Source: Chlorokybus atmophyticus (lineage: Eukaryota > Plantae > Mesostigma and Chlorokybus algae). Taken from it: a DNA stretch of 64,000 bases. The first letter of the stretch is position 1, and each line of letters starts with the position of its first letter. Positions 41,589 through 52,360 of this stretch are shown here, one piece after another. The translations under genes and the position numbers were made by a program. Under the pieces are notes generated by a model. The model saw only the letters and a program-made list of their open reading frames with translations. It was not told the DNA's origin and did no database searches. The stretch lies in NCBI GenBank assembly GCA_009103225.1, contig RHPI01002438.1:812755-876754 (forward strand). The letters are read 5' to 3'.

Positions 41589-43413
41589 TTACCCGTCAGG
41601 ACAATCCTTGGGGTTGCAAGGGCCTTGAATAAGCTTCGCATCAAGCCGCAGCACCAGGCTTGACAGCGGCGGAAGAGTAGGAAAGTACTCTGCCGCAGGT
41701 TTGCGTGCGAGAGCCCACTTGGTGCCCATGTCAACGGGGTAATTGGTGCCTTTGTCTTGGTGGTTGACGGCGTACCCAGCCGCACAGTTGGCTTCCAAGC
41801 AGTAAGTAACGGTGTACGTGTTGTTGAGCTCGTACATGTAGCGGTACATCCATGACGTCCACACGTCCTTCTTTGCAAGGATCCAGTAGTTTACTTTGTG
41901 CCAAGGGTAGAATGTCAGCGGATGGTTGTCTGGCAACAGCGGCCGAAAAGCCTCACCCAGCTGCAGCTTTGCATCCACCCAATCCATAAAGCCACGCCAT
42001 GCGTGCGGGAACATCACTGCACCCCACGAGCAGACATAACGTGACTTCCAGATCCTCTCTTTCAATTTGGGCAGGGCCCAAGGGTGGAGACACATGCCAA
42101 CCATCTTTTCATCAAATTCCTCCAAGTAATACTTGTACACAACGCTGCGCATGAAGCGGTAGTACTCGGGACTGCGCGTGCGCACAAGTTAGACCTCGCA
42201 GTACAAACAACCACTGGCTTACAAGGTGAGTGTCTATGCATGGGCCGTAACCAGCAATGTACGTGTGTGTAAGTGTGCTACCTGACTTCCATATCATCTT
42301 CAAAGATGACTCCAATATCCTTCGGACTGACAGGGTACCACGCTTCAAACCACATAAACTTCAGCCCAACCTGTTGAGGCAATTAGTCAATGTTTGTCCA
42401 GCACCAGTCTGTGTACGCCATGCTGGTAGCACGAACTGCTCTAACCTGCTTTTTACGCGAGCGCACGCTCTTGTGACCATGCGGCCACTGGAAGTCAAGT
42501 GCAAGCTTTGTGCATTTGTCTCTTGCTGCTTTGTCCTTGCAGTGGTCAATGATAATATCCAGATTTACGAGGTCACCCATGTAGTCCGCAGCTGACAGGC
42601 TCTTGAACAATCGCGCAACGGCGTCATGTCTGTCGCACGTGAAAACTATAATGTTGAATGTGAGATCTTGAGACAAGGTGCCGAGTCCTGCTGACGCCTT
42701 CTCCTCCTCTGACTGCTCCGCACCCAACACGGTAGTAGCATTGACAACTTGTGCGGGTAGAGGACTCGGCGCCCTATATGCGACGGAGGCCGATGGGTAT
42801 GCAGTATATGTGCTGTCAACGCTTCCTGCAGCATGGGTCGTCAACGACTAAGACTGAGCCACATGACGCCACACAATTATTCACACACAACTATTAGCAC
42901 ACTATTTACATACTTTGGGACTGCTGTACTGCATGCTGTGGACATATACCCAGCTGTGTACAACCAGATCACCAGCACGCAGAAAATCATTGAGGCAACA
43001 GCGCATGCTGTAGACAGGGGAGGTCCACCAATCTAGCTGCTCAGCAGTACAGTGTGTATCTAGTCACGCGACACAACTACACAAGCAGCTTACGTACGTC
43101 GCAAAACTTTGTGGCGAACGAGCATAGCAAGGGGACAGAGAAAGCTATACAATGTACGACCTGTTGCAATGTACGCACAGGTGGTAGAGTTGGAATGTCA
43201 TGCAGCAAATAGCAGGAAGTCACCTCCAATGGATTTGCGAAGCAGCGGGTCAGGGTCACCAGAGTTGTAGGTCGGGCGGCCAACATAGTAACGGAGGTTG
43301 AAGGCTCGCCAAACGGCAGCGAAAGTCACCAACACAGCACAGAACAGCAGAATACGGAGCAACCCGTTGGTCCTTGAAGAGGGGGTCCCATCTTTGGGTG
43401 CCTTGGGCGGCAT
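41589..43413 (-). CDS. Type II membrane GT-A fold glycosyltransferase (GT2-like)
   Basis: N-terminal TM (LLRILLFCAVLVTFAAVW), then IIVFTCDRHDAVARLFKSLSAADYMGDLVNLDIIID...FQWPHGHKSV, GVIFEDDMEV (xEDD), SPEYYRF, SWGAVMFPHAWRGF and VWTSWMYRYM. Confidence 0.8.
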
Positions 43414-44056
43414 CAACACCCACCCTCAAGTGGCGACGGTGAACACCGCCACCCCTGAGAAGCCAATGCCTTCGTGCAGCAGCGAAACAGCCCTTCTGCT
43501 GCTTACCCTTCTTGAATGCAGCAACAAGCCCTCCTTGCACTTCCACCAGCTGCCTTCAAGTGCGCTGAGCTGACAGCAGCAGCAGCGGCACTACCACTAA
43601 GCAGTGCCAGGGAGACGGTGCTGCTCAGTTGTGACAGCTCCGCCTCAACATGCTACGTCGCAGGCAACTGATTTGAACCAAACAACACCCTGCACGTTAA
43701 CCTTCAATAGCAAGAACGACAAGCAGCTGCCGCCGCCGCCGCCGCCGCCCGTGAGTGCTGCACAAACCACCGCACGCATTGTCGACGCACGCCGCACACA
43801 ATGGTCTGTCGACGGTCTGGTGCACCGAGACAAATTGGGCGCGTAACAATTGACAACACTCTAAAGTGCTTGTCGGTAAAAGTCTCGTGACAGCGCGGCA
43901 CTTTACACCCAAGTTTGGTGACCCAACGCGGATCGCAGAACCGTTCTGCCAGAACGACTCAACACTGTTGAGTCAACAGGGACAGGAGTGAGCGCAAGCC
44001 GGAAAGCACTTTGCTTTGGCTCCGTAGTGGCTCTGAAAATTATCTTTACAATAGAA

Positions 44057-44287
<231 letters not shown>

Positions 44288-45422
44288 AAAGGAAAGTGCC
44301 ACAGTCTCTAACATGCAAGCCATCAATGGAATGCCCAACCCAAGCACATAATGTGTCAATGTGGCTTTCATGTTACAAGTAGTTTAAAAAGTCGAGTCAA
44401 AATGTGTTTGTACTGCGCGATGAATTAAGCATAATTTACTGCCACGTTGTACACCAAGAAGCAAAATGGAGTCACATTGTCGTGCAGGTAAGCCTTGGCT
44501 GTGGGGTATGTCTTGCATGGGAAACACATAAAGTGAGGTGTATGTGTACTCAAAGCAAGTGGTGCCGTGGTGCAGCTTGAGGGGTGATAACTGAAGGAAC
44601 CAAAGGGCGGTGTTACTTGTAGTAATGGGGTTATAGGTGCAGAGGAAGAGGGTAGTAAGGGAAAACGAACTGTGTGGTCCCCTAAGCTTGGTAGGAGGCT
44701 GTGATTGCTCAACAAGCTGCTTGACCAAGGCTGAATGTGGACAAGCGCACAGCAATTATGCAAGTGTGTTCGTGTGTAATCTAAGTTTGCTAAATAAAAC
44801 GAGTTTACATGCTGCAAGCACTCACTCAACGGCAAGTTGGTGGAGACCCACAATCACGGTTGTGGGTATCCACTAGGCATGCAAAGTACCGTTTTTGGCA
44901 GGCGAGGATGCAGTTCGCAGGCAATGGGGCGGGGGCACTGCCAAGAGGTTAAACGTAATGCAAGAGAGAGAGACATAGCACCGTGGGCAAGGCAACAGCA
45001 GGGGACAAAGGTATACAACAAAGGAGGTCCGGGGACAACTCTTACATGTTCAACTCTTACACAAGGCAGCGTGCATGCACGTGGTTCGCTTAATTTGATA
45101 GTGAATTCCGGAAGTTTCGAAAGAAATGCCGCCGCTTCCGCAGCGCTTTCCTTACTTGCAACTTACTACCAACCAAACAGCTTAGGGATTGCTTAAGGAA
45201 GCTGTCGATGTCGACCGCCGCCACCATTCTTGTCCTCATTCACTGACATCGAAGAGCGGTGTCGATGGATCTTGTCAGGCTATCCGACACCTGGTAATCT
45301 GGTTTGACCGATCCTGATGCTGGTGTGAGCGCACAAAGAGTGCGAGGGGGAAGTGCGTGCCGAGGGTCATCACCGTGACAACATTGGCTCTATGGAGCCA
45401 CTACCGTATTCACCCCCTCACA

Positions 45423-45424
<2 letters not shown>

Positions 45425-45514
<90 letters not shown>

Positions 45515-45515
45515 N
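45425..45515. repeat. Poly-C tract ending in N that hides the start of the 5' LTR
   Basis: Homopolymer followed by N at 45515. The LTR sequence resumes mid-LTR at 45516. Confidence 0.8.
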
Positions 45516-45804
45516 GTCCCAACGGGATTATACAGTCTATTAAGCCATTTTAGGGCCGTTAACCTAGTGTTAAGGCCCTAATGTAGTGTTACTTAATTGT
45601 AACACTGATATCGACATGAGACATGAGTCTCATGTCGATATCAGCCGTATGGCGGCGCTGCTAACGCAGCGGCCGCCATAGCCAGGGGATCTTCTGCTCC
45701 GGCAGATTCCCCTGGCGGCGGCGGCGGTGGCGTCGTGGCTGGTGGTGGTGTTGGGGTAGGGGATTAAAGGGAGGAGGGGGCACACCCCCTCTAGTCTCTT
45801 TACA
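45516..45804 (+). repeat. 5' LTR, first 57 bp lost in the gap
   Basis: Matches 52069-52360 except one substitution (ccatttt vs ccatatt) and one GGC unit. Ends ...TACA. Confidence 0.95.
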
Positions 45805-45805
45805 T

Positions 45806-45817
45806 TGGTATCGGAGC
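45806..45817 (+). promoter_or_regulatory. Primer binding site, tRNA-iMet type
   Basis: TGGTATCGGAGC 1 nt after the LTR, one mismatch from the familiar TGGTATCAGAGC. Confidence 0.85.
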
Positions 45818-46645
45818 ACGGGCGTGAAGAGCCTGTGGAAGGGGCGGCGGCAGGCGGCAGGCGACTGCGGCGGCAGGCGGCAGGCGACTGCAGCGGCGGC
45901 AACTAGTGGTAGTTATTAGGTGGTAGTTGTTGTTGTTGTTGTTATTATTGAAACGCTGTTGCTGGTGTAGGCTAGTTACCTAGCCCTGCCTTGCCTTGCC
46001 TTGCATAGCCTAGCTTGCCCTGCCCTAGCCTAGCCGAGCTTGTTAGCTTGCGTGTAGGGGAGGCGGCCACTCAGGCAGCCTTCCCCCTCAGTATTGCATG
46101 CCCAGCACATCACATAGTGATTTATATATATATAAATATATATATATATATAACCACTTGTGTGTGCTTGTGCTGGCCACCACGTGGATTCGTGGTGGTG
46201 TAAAGGGTTTGACCCCCCTTGTGAGACAGTCCGGTGGCAACATCGGCTGTCGTTACCGCCAGTCAGTGCGGTGAGGCCGCCAGAGTCATTCTGTGCGGCC
46301 AGTATCAGACTCACAACTCGCTGATATCACCCTGTAGGGTTGATTCAACGAGATTTGGCACCCTGAGTGTCAATTACAATTGTGGGTTGAGTTGAGTTGT
46401 ACAAAGTGCAAACTTTGACAAGCTGTAACTTGTGAACCGCCGCGTGAATTCGCGTGCGGTTTGTTTCTAAGCAAGTGTCTAGTTGAGAAGTGTGTGGGGA
46501 GCTCTTGTTTGAGCTGTATACTCCACGTTACACACTTGAAACTTGACGAGACAAAATCAAGTGATTTTGACACTTTTGCAGTGCACAACTCGTGTGTTTG
46601 TGCACTTGCAAACTTCAACTATTGACGGCTTATATTCTTGGGCAG

Positions 46646-48121
46646 ATGTCTGACCAAGGAGGGGACGATGTGGAGAAGTCCACATCATATGAGCCATCAA
46701 GTGAAGAGGAAGTGAATTACTCTGACACGAGTGAGAGCTATCAGCTGACCGTCAGTGAGAAGGAGGGAGACAAGCAAGAGAGCGATGCTTCTCCCGACCA
46801 GTCTGCTCAGAGTGTACCAGTTGCAGTAAACGCTGAAATGGCACCACCTGCAGTTGACTCTCAGAGTGTCATTGGCGGGGCAATTGAGAAGTATGCCCAG
46901 GAGCGCAAGGCTCTGCTTGATGCCAACCCACAGCTTGGCAAGGAAACATGGGATGCATGGGCTCAGAAGGTTCGTGATGGCTATGAGACGGACTTTGTCA
47001 CACTTCCTCGCGCAAGCAAGGAGATGGTGATCCGCATGCTCGAGCACGAGCTGACGAACAATGTTCCGCCACTCGTGCGCGGTGATCCGAAGGTGGCTGC
47101 TCTGATGGCTGTTTACGATAAGCCTCCCCCTTACCAAGGCAAGCGAATGGCGTTTGAGGCTTTGGCCAACTTGGGAGTGGAAACCTCACAGCGTTGCAAG
47201 GACGTGTTCTGGTACTTGGGACCTAACTTGGAAGACAAGTTGACTGGCCGAGTGCAGTTGACGGCACGCCTCGATGCTATGCAGGCTGAGTTGGTGGCGC
47301 TGCGCCAACAGGTGGCGGGTGCTACTTCAGCAGCTGGAGCATCAGCGGGTCTGCCGGTCACAGCGCTGAATAAGCCTGAGAAGTTCAAGCCCAACGGCAG
47401 CGTCAGTATCCACGACTGGGTGGTAACTGTTGAGCACTATTTAACAGCATTGAGACGCCCCGTTGGTGAACACATTGCTGTTGCTGAGTTGCTCATGCCT
47501 TCTGACGCTCTCGCCGAGTGGGCGAGGCAGACACAGGACGGTGCTACCAAAACAGTGGAGGCACTGTTTCAGTTCCTGACGGAACGCTATGGTGGCATGG
47601 ACCCGGCTACTCAGGCTCGTAACAAGCTCAGCAAGTTGCGACAGAATGGTCGGGCGGCTTCAGCCTATCTGCAGGAATTCCAGGCATTGGTGGGTCGTGC
47701 CAACAGCGGCCTCATGCCTATTGACAAGGCCGAGCAGTTTGAGTTGTACAAGCGCGGCTTGGATGCGCGTGTGCGTGATCAACTGCAGTACAACACGGCA
47801 ACGGGACTGCCTTGGGTTCCCGAGGACTTGGCCAAGTTGCAGAAGCTGAGCGTGTACCTATACAACGATGACACGGCGGTGCAGGACAAGTCACATGTGG
47901 CAGTTTCGGCCAAACCGCCAGGGGTGGGAGGGAAGCGTTTCCCTCATCCGAGTGCACACTTGGCAAAGAAGGCGAAGACATATGGTCCTTCTACTAGTGC
48001 CACACCTGCTGGTGGTGCTACGCCTGCTGCGGCTCGCACCTGTTACGTCTGTCATCAGCCTGGCCACATTGCAAAGAACTGCCCAACCAAGGGGAAGGGC
48101 AAGGCCAAGAAGGTTGAATAG
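46646..48121 (+). CDS. gag: Gag: acidic N-terminus, capsid-like domain and CCHC knuckle
   Basis: KPEKFKPNGSVSIHDWVVTVEHYL...ARNKLSKLRQNGRAASAYLQEF...YKRGLDARVR and CYVCHQPGHIAKNC, then TAG at 48119-48121. Confidence 0.93.
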   Translation: MSDQGGDDVEKSTSYEPSSEEEVNYSDTSESYQLTVSEKEGDKQESDASPDQSAQSVPVAVNAEMAPPAVDSQSVIGGAIEKYAQERKALLDANPQLGKETWDAWAQKVRDGYETDFVTLPRASKEMVIRMLEHELTNNVPPLVRGDPKVAALMAVYDKPPPYQGKRMAFEALANLGVETSQRCKDVFWYLGPNLEDKLTGRVQLTARLDAMQAELVALRQQVAGATSAAGASAGLPVTALNKPEKFKPNGSVSIHDWVVTVEHYLTALRRPVGEHIAVAELLMPSDALAEWARQTQDGATKTVEALFQFLTERYGGMDPATQARNKLSKLRQNGRAASAYLQEFQALVGRANSGLMPIDKAEQFELYKRGLDARVRDQLQYNTATGLPWVPEDLAKLQKLSVYLYNDDTAVQDKSHVAVSAKPPGVGGKRFPHPSAHLAKKAKTYGPSTSATPAGGATPAAARTCYVCHQPGHIAKNCPTKGKGKAKKVE

Positions 48122-51100
48122 GATTACGTCGTGACTGATGTAAAAGTGGTTGATGGCCAGTTGCTTGTGTTATTAGCAAACTGGTTTGATGAGCTGTCCC
48201 AAGTGCATGTAATGACACACGCATGGCAAACACATAGCAAGTTGCCACTTTTTGACGTTGCAAAAGTGGAAGAGAATGCTTGTGTGTTGGTACATGTGGA
48301 ATTTAACATGCTTACCAATGTGTTGCACACTTTGACTGAGTTGCAAAGTAAACACAGAACTTTGAGTGTGGTAGTAATGGTGCCTAAGTATCATGGCCCA
48401 TGGTTGAAACATACTCGAGGGGGAACTGTGTTAAAGCAATTTAGCAAGCGTGAAACAGGGACAGTGCGATTGTCAGCAATTTTACTCAACCCTCGCATTA
48501 GTCACGGACTCTTGGCTACATTTCAAGGACGGGTTGTGCCTCTGTTGTGGACATTTAGTGGCACAATGCAGGGAATAACCAGTTCGTTCTTGATTGACAC
48601 TGGTGCAACGCACAATTTTATTGAGGAACAATGGGTTGTGCGCAATAAAGTAGCGTGTAAACCCTCAGCATTTTCAGCTGCCGGTGCTGGGGGTACGTTA
48701 CCAGTGAAAGGAGAAATCAAAATGAAGGTAAAGATTGGTAATTATCATGCCAATCTCACCTTCATAGTGGTGTCCATCAACATAATGGGTGTTGATGTGG
48801 TACTAGGACAGGAATGGCAGGACAATGTTAAAATGACATTGGATACTGGTGCACGGTTGTGCACAGTGAAAAAGGGTCGTAAGCGTGTAACGTTGTCTGT
48901 AAAAGGGTCGCATAGCTTGGAACACAAGCAAACAGACCCTGCGCTTCTCAGTGCACTTCAGGTGAAGCGTGCGTTGCGTAAAAACACACCGGCTTTCCTT
49001 GTGCACTTAACGTCATCTGATGACTTTGTGCCAGGCAGTACGGCAGGTGTTGCAGACATCATTGAAAAGTATCAGGACATATTCTCAGATGAGTTGCCAG
49101 GCTTACCCCCTGATCGAGGTGTCGGACACACCATACCACTGATTCCTGATAGTGAGCCTCCATTTCGGCCAATATATAGGCTGAGCCCCAATGAGAGGGG
49201 GGAAATGGAAACTCAAATCAAAGAGTTATTGGAAAAGGGATTGATTGAACCGAGTTCTTCACCCTTTGGCGCACCCATCTTGTTTGTGATGAAAAAGAAT
49301 GGGAAATTGCGCATGTGTGTAGATTATCGTGCTCTAAACAAGATTACGGTAAAGAATCGATACCCGTTACCACGGATTGATGATGTGTTTGATAAACTGT
49401 CGGGTAATGCGTACTTCAGTACGCTAGACTTGACAAGCGGTTACCATCAAATCCGTATTCACCCTTCTGATGTTTACAAGACAGCATTCAGAACACCTTC
49501 AGGTCATTATCAATACAAAGTGTTACCTTTTGGATTGACAAATGCACCTGCGGTGTTTCAGAAGGAAATGAATAAGATCTTTGATAACATGCTTGGCAAG
49601 CATGTTATGGTTTACTTGGATGACATCATTGTCTTCAGTAAAACAAAAGAGGAGCACAGAAAGCATCTGGAAGCGGTGTTTGCTTTACTGCGAACACATC
49701 GCTTGTTTGCCAACTTGCCAAAGTGTGACTTTGGCAAGACAGAGTTGCCATTCTTGGGGCATATTGTGAGTGGTGCGGGTGTCAAACCTGACCCTCGCAA
49801 AGTGCAAGTGGTAAAGGATTGGCCTCAACCAAAGAATATCCATCAGTTGCGATCATTCTTGGGGTTGGCAAACTATTTTCGCAAGTTTATGATGGGGTAC
49901 TCTACGGCTGTGATGCCCTTAACAAAACTATTGCGAAAAGATGCCCCATTCTCTTGGACAGCAGCACAGGAAGCTGCTATGCAACAAGTGAAGCTGGCTT
50001 TAACCTCAGCACCAGTGTTGGCACTGCCAAATTGGGATAAGCGCTTCACTGTGGTGAGCGATGCCTCCACCCTAGGGTGTGGTGCAGTATTGCTACAGGA
50101 TAGCAGGCCATGTGCTTATGAGAGTAGAAAATTCATCCCAGCAGAGGTGAATTACACTACTACTGAGCAAGAGTTGCTGGGTATAGTGCATGCTCTTGAA
50201 ACTTGGCGATGCTACTTGGAAGGAGTTCAGTTCACAGTAGTGACTGATCACAACCCATTGGTGTACTTCTCAACACAGCTAAACTTGTCGCGTAGGCAAG
50301 CTCGCTGGAATGAGTTTCTGTCGCGGTTTACTTTTGAATGGGTATACCGGCCGGGCAAAACCAATGTGGCAGATCCTTTGAGTCGCTGTCCGTCATTGTT
50401 GGCAGTTATGCGTGCGCACTTGCTTGCGACGCAAGGTACATTGCCTCCTAATGATGAGTTTGTACAAGCTGTTTTACAGGGGTATATTTTGGACCCATGG
50501 TTCTCGATGCAAGGGAATGTGCAACAGCTTAACAAACGAGACAACTTGTATTATATGGGCGCCTGCTTGGTGATACCTAACCATGCTGGGTTGCGCATGA
50601 AATGCATAGCTGAAGTACACGATCCACCGTACGCTGGGCACTTTGGGGGTCGCAAGACTACTAAGGCAGCGCAACAGTTGTACTGGTGGCCATCGTTGCC
50701 TGTTGACGTAAAGCAATATGTTGACACGTGTGACAAATGTCAGCGTGACAAACCGTTACGTCAGAAACCCGCTGGGTTGCTGCGACCTTTGCCTGTTCCT
50801 GATGGCAAGTGGGAAAGTGTGAGTATGGACCTGATTGTTGAGCTCCCTGAGACAGCATTAGGGCACACAGCGGTTGCAGTTTTTGTGGACCGTTTAACAA
50901 AAATGGTTCACATCGTCCCTTGCCGCACGGAAATAGGCTCCCGTGAGTTAGCGATGGTTTTTGTCGCCTCTGTGTTTAAGTTGCATGGTTTGCCTCGCAA
51001 CTTTGTGTCTGATCGCGATCCGCGATTTGTGTCTCAGTTCTGGAAGTCGCTATGCAGCTTCTTACATATTCAGCAGAACATGAGCACAGCTTATCATCCA

Positions 51101-51889
51101 CAAACGGATGGTCAGACAGAGCGCGCCAATCAAGTGATTGAGGAAACCATTCGGCATTATGTGAGTCCAAACCAGTCTGACTGGGATATCTATCTCCCAA
51201 TGGCTGAGTTTGCGATTAACAATGCTTGGCAAGAGAGTGTGCAGGAAACTCCGTTTTTCTTGAACTACGGAGTGCATCCACTAAGTCCTGCGAACATCAA
51301 GTTGCCCGCTACCGACATAACTCGCGTACCTGCAGCACGCGAGATGGCTTCGGCCATGCAGGATAGGCTAGCGCTGGCAAAGGACTGTCTGCGCGCAGCG
51401 CAAGACAGACAAAAAGCCCATGCTGATGCGCATCGTAGAGAGGCCAGCTACGATGTGGGCTGTTCGGTGCTTTTAAGTACCAAAAACATATCCATTAAGG
51501 GAGTGGGTACCCGCAAGTTTTTCCCTCGCTGGATAGGCCCTTTCAAGGTAATTGATCGGGTCGGCACTCACGCGTATCGTTTGGAATTGCCAAAGTCAAT
51601 ACGCATTCACAATGTGTTTCACGTGAGTGTAATGAAACCGTATCGTTCTGACGGTCGGGTTCAACCTCCTCCACCCCCCGTTGCAGTGGATGGCGACGAT
51701 ACTTTCGAGTATGAGGTGGAAGCAGTCCTAAGTCATCGTAAGCCTCGGCGCGGACGCGCGCCGTCTTACTTGGTGAAATGGAAAGGGTATGGTGTTGAAC
51801 ACAATACATGGGAGCCCGAAAGGAATCTTACCAACTGCCAAAAGATTCTTCGGGGGTACTGGAGTACGGTGTCCACACGCGAACGGTAA
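48122..51889 (+). CDS. pol: Pol: extra N-terminal domain, aspartic protease, RT, RNase H, integrase and chromodomain
   Basis: FLIDTGATHNFI (PR), YLDDIIVFS (RT), VSDAS...TDHNPL (RH), HDPPYAGH...CDKC, SMDLI, SDRD, TDGQTER (IN), GPF/Y module and YEVEAVLSHR...YLVKWKGYGVEHNTWEPERNL (chromodomain). In frame with gag. Confidence 0.97.
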   Translation, partial: DYVVTDVKVVDGQLLVLLANWFDELSQVHVMTHAWQTHSKLPLFDVAKVEENACVLVHVEFNMLTNVLHTLTELQSKHRTLSVVVMVPKYHGPWLKHTRGGTVLKQFSKRETGTVRLSAILLNPRISHGLLATFQGRVVPLLWTFSGTMQGITSSFLIDTGATHNFIEEQWVVRNKVACKPSAFSAAGAGGTLPVKGEIKMKVKIGNYHANLTFIVVSINIMGVDVVLGQEWQDNVKMTLDTGARLCTVKKGRKRVTLSVKGSHSLEHKQTDPALLSALQVKRALRKNTPAFLVHLTSSDDFVPGSTAGVADIIEKYQDIFSDELPGLPPDRGVGHTIPLIPDSEPPFRPIYRLSPNERGEMETQIKELLEKGLIEPSSSPFGAPILFVMKKNGKLRMCVDYRALNKITVKNRYPLPRIDDVFDKLSGNAYFSTLDLTSGYHQIRIHPSDVYKTAFRTPSGHYQYKVLPFGLTNAPAVFQKEMNKIFDNMLGKHVMVYLDDIIVFSKTKEEHRKHLEAVFALLRTHRLFANLPKCDFGKTELPFLGHIVSGAGVKPDPRKVQVVKDWPQPKNIHQLRSFLGLANYFRKFMMGYSTAVMPLTKLLRKDAPFSWTAAQEAAMQQVKLALTSAPVLALPNWDKRFTVVSDASTLGCGAVLLQDSRPCAYESRKFIPAEVNYTTTEQELLGIVHALETWRCYLEGVQFTVVTDHNPLVYFSTQLNLSRRQARWNEFLSRFTFEWVYRPGKTNVADPLSRCPSLLAVMRAHLLATQGTLPPNDEFVQAVLQGYILDPWFSMQGNVQQLNKRDNLYYMGACLVIPNHAGLRMKCIAEVHDPPYAGHFGGRKTTKAAQQLYWWPSLPVDVKQYVDTCDKCQRDKPLRQKPAGLLRPLPVPDGKWESVSMDLIVELPETALGHTAVAVFVDRLTKMVHIVPCRTEIGSRELAMVFVASVFKLHGLPRNFVSDRDPRFVSQFWKSLCSFLHIQQNMSTAYHPQTDGQTERANQVIEETIRHYVSPNQSDWDIYLPMAEFAINNAWQESVQETPFFLNYGVHPLSPANIKLPATDITRVPAAREMASAMQDRLALAKDCLRAAQDRQKAHADAHRREASYDVGCSVLLSTKNISIKGVGTRKFFPRWIGPFKVIDRVGTHAYRLELPKSIRIHNVFHVSVMKPYRSDGRVQPPPPPVAVDGDDTFEYEVEAVLSHRKPRRGRAPSYLVKWKGYGVEHNTWEPERNLTNCQKILRGYWSTVSTRER

Positions 51890-52000
51890 AAGGGTGCTGG
51901 CAGACATCTTTACCGTTTCGGCCCTGGTTCTCTCACTGCTTTCGTTTCTTTACTCGTGGTGGGGCTTTGCTAACCCTTCAATGAGGACATTGAAACCTAA

Positions 52001-52011
52001 GTGGGGGGGAA
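52001..52011 (+). promoter_or_regulatory. Polypurine tract
   Basis: GTGGGGGGGAA immediately before the TG of the 3' LTR. Confidence 0.85.
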
Positions 52012-52360
52012 TGTAACGGTGTGCTACCTCCATAGAGGTTCCCCGCCCTTATTTAGGATTAGATAAGGGTCCCAACGGGATTATACAGTCTATTAAGCCA
52101 TATTAGGGCCGTTAACCTAGTGTTAAGGCCCTAATGTAGTGTTACTTAATTGTAACACTGATATCGACATGAGACATGAGTCTCATGTCGATATCAGCCG
52201 TATGGCGGCGCTGCTAACGCAGCGGCCGCCATAGCCAGGGGATCTTCTGCTCCGGCAGATTCCCCTGGCGGCGGCGGCGGCGGTGGCGTCGTGGCTGGTG
52301 GTGGTGTTGGGGTAGGGGATTAAAGGGAGGAGGGGGCACACCCCCTCTAGTCTCTTTACA
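52012..52360 (+). repeat. 3' LTR, 349 bp, TG...CA
   Basis: TGTAACGG...CTTTACA. The right flank is CCTAC; the left TSD is hidden by the gap. Confidence 0.95.

Larger units (their letters stand above)
45516..52360 (+). mobile_element. Ty3/gypsy chromovirus-type LTR retrotransposon, apparently intact
   Basis: Near-identical LTRs, PBS, gag, pol (PR-RT-RH-IN-chromodomain order) and PPT, with uninterrupted ORFs. Confidence 0.97.
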
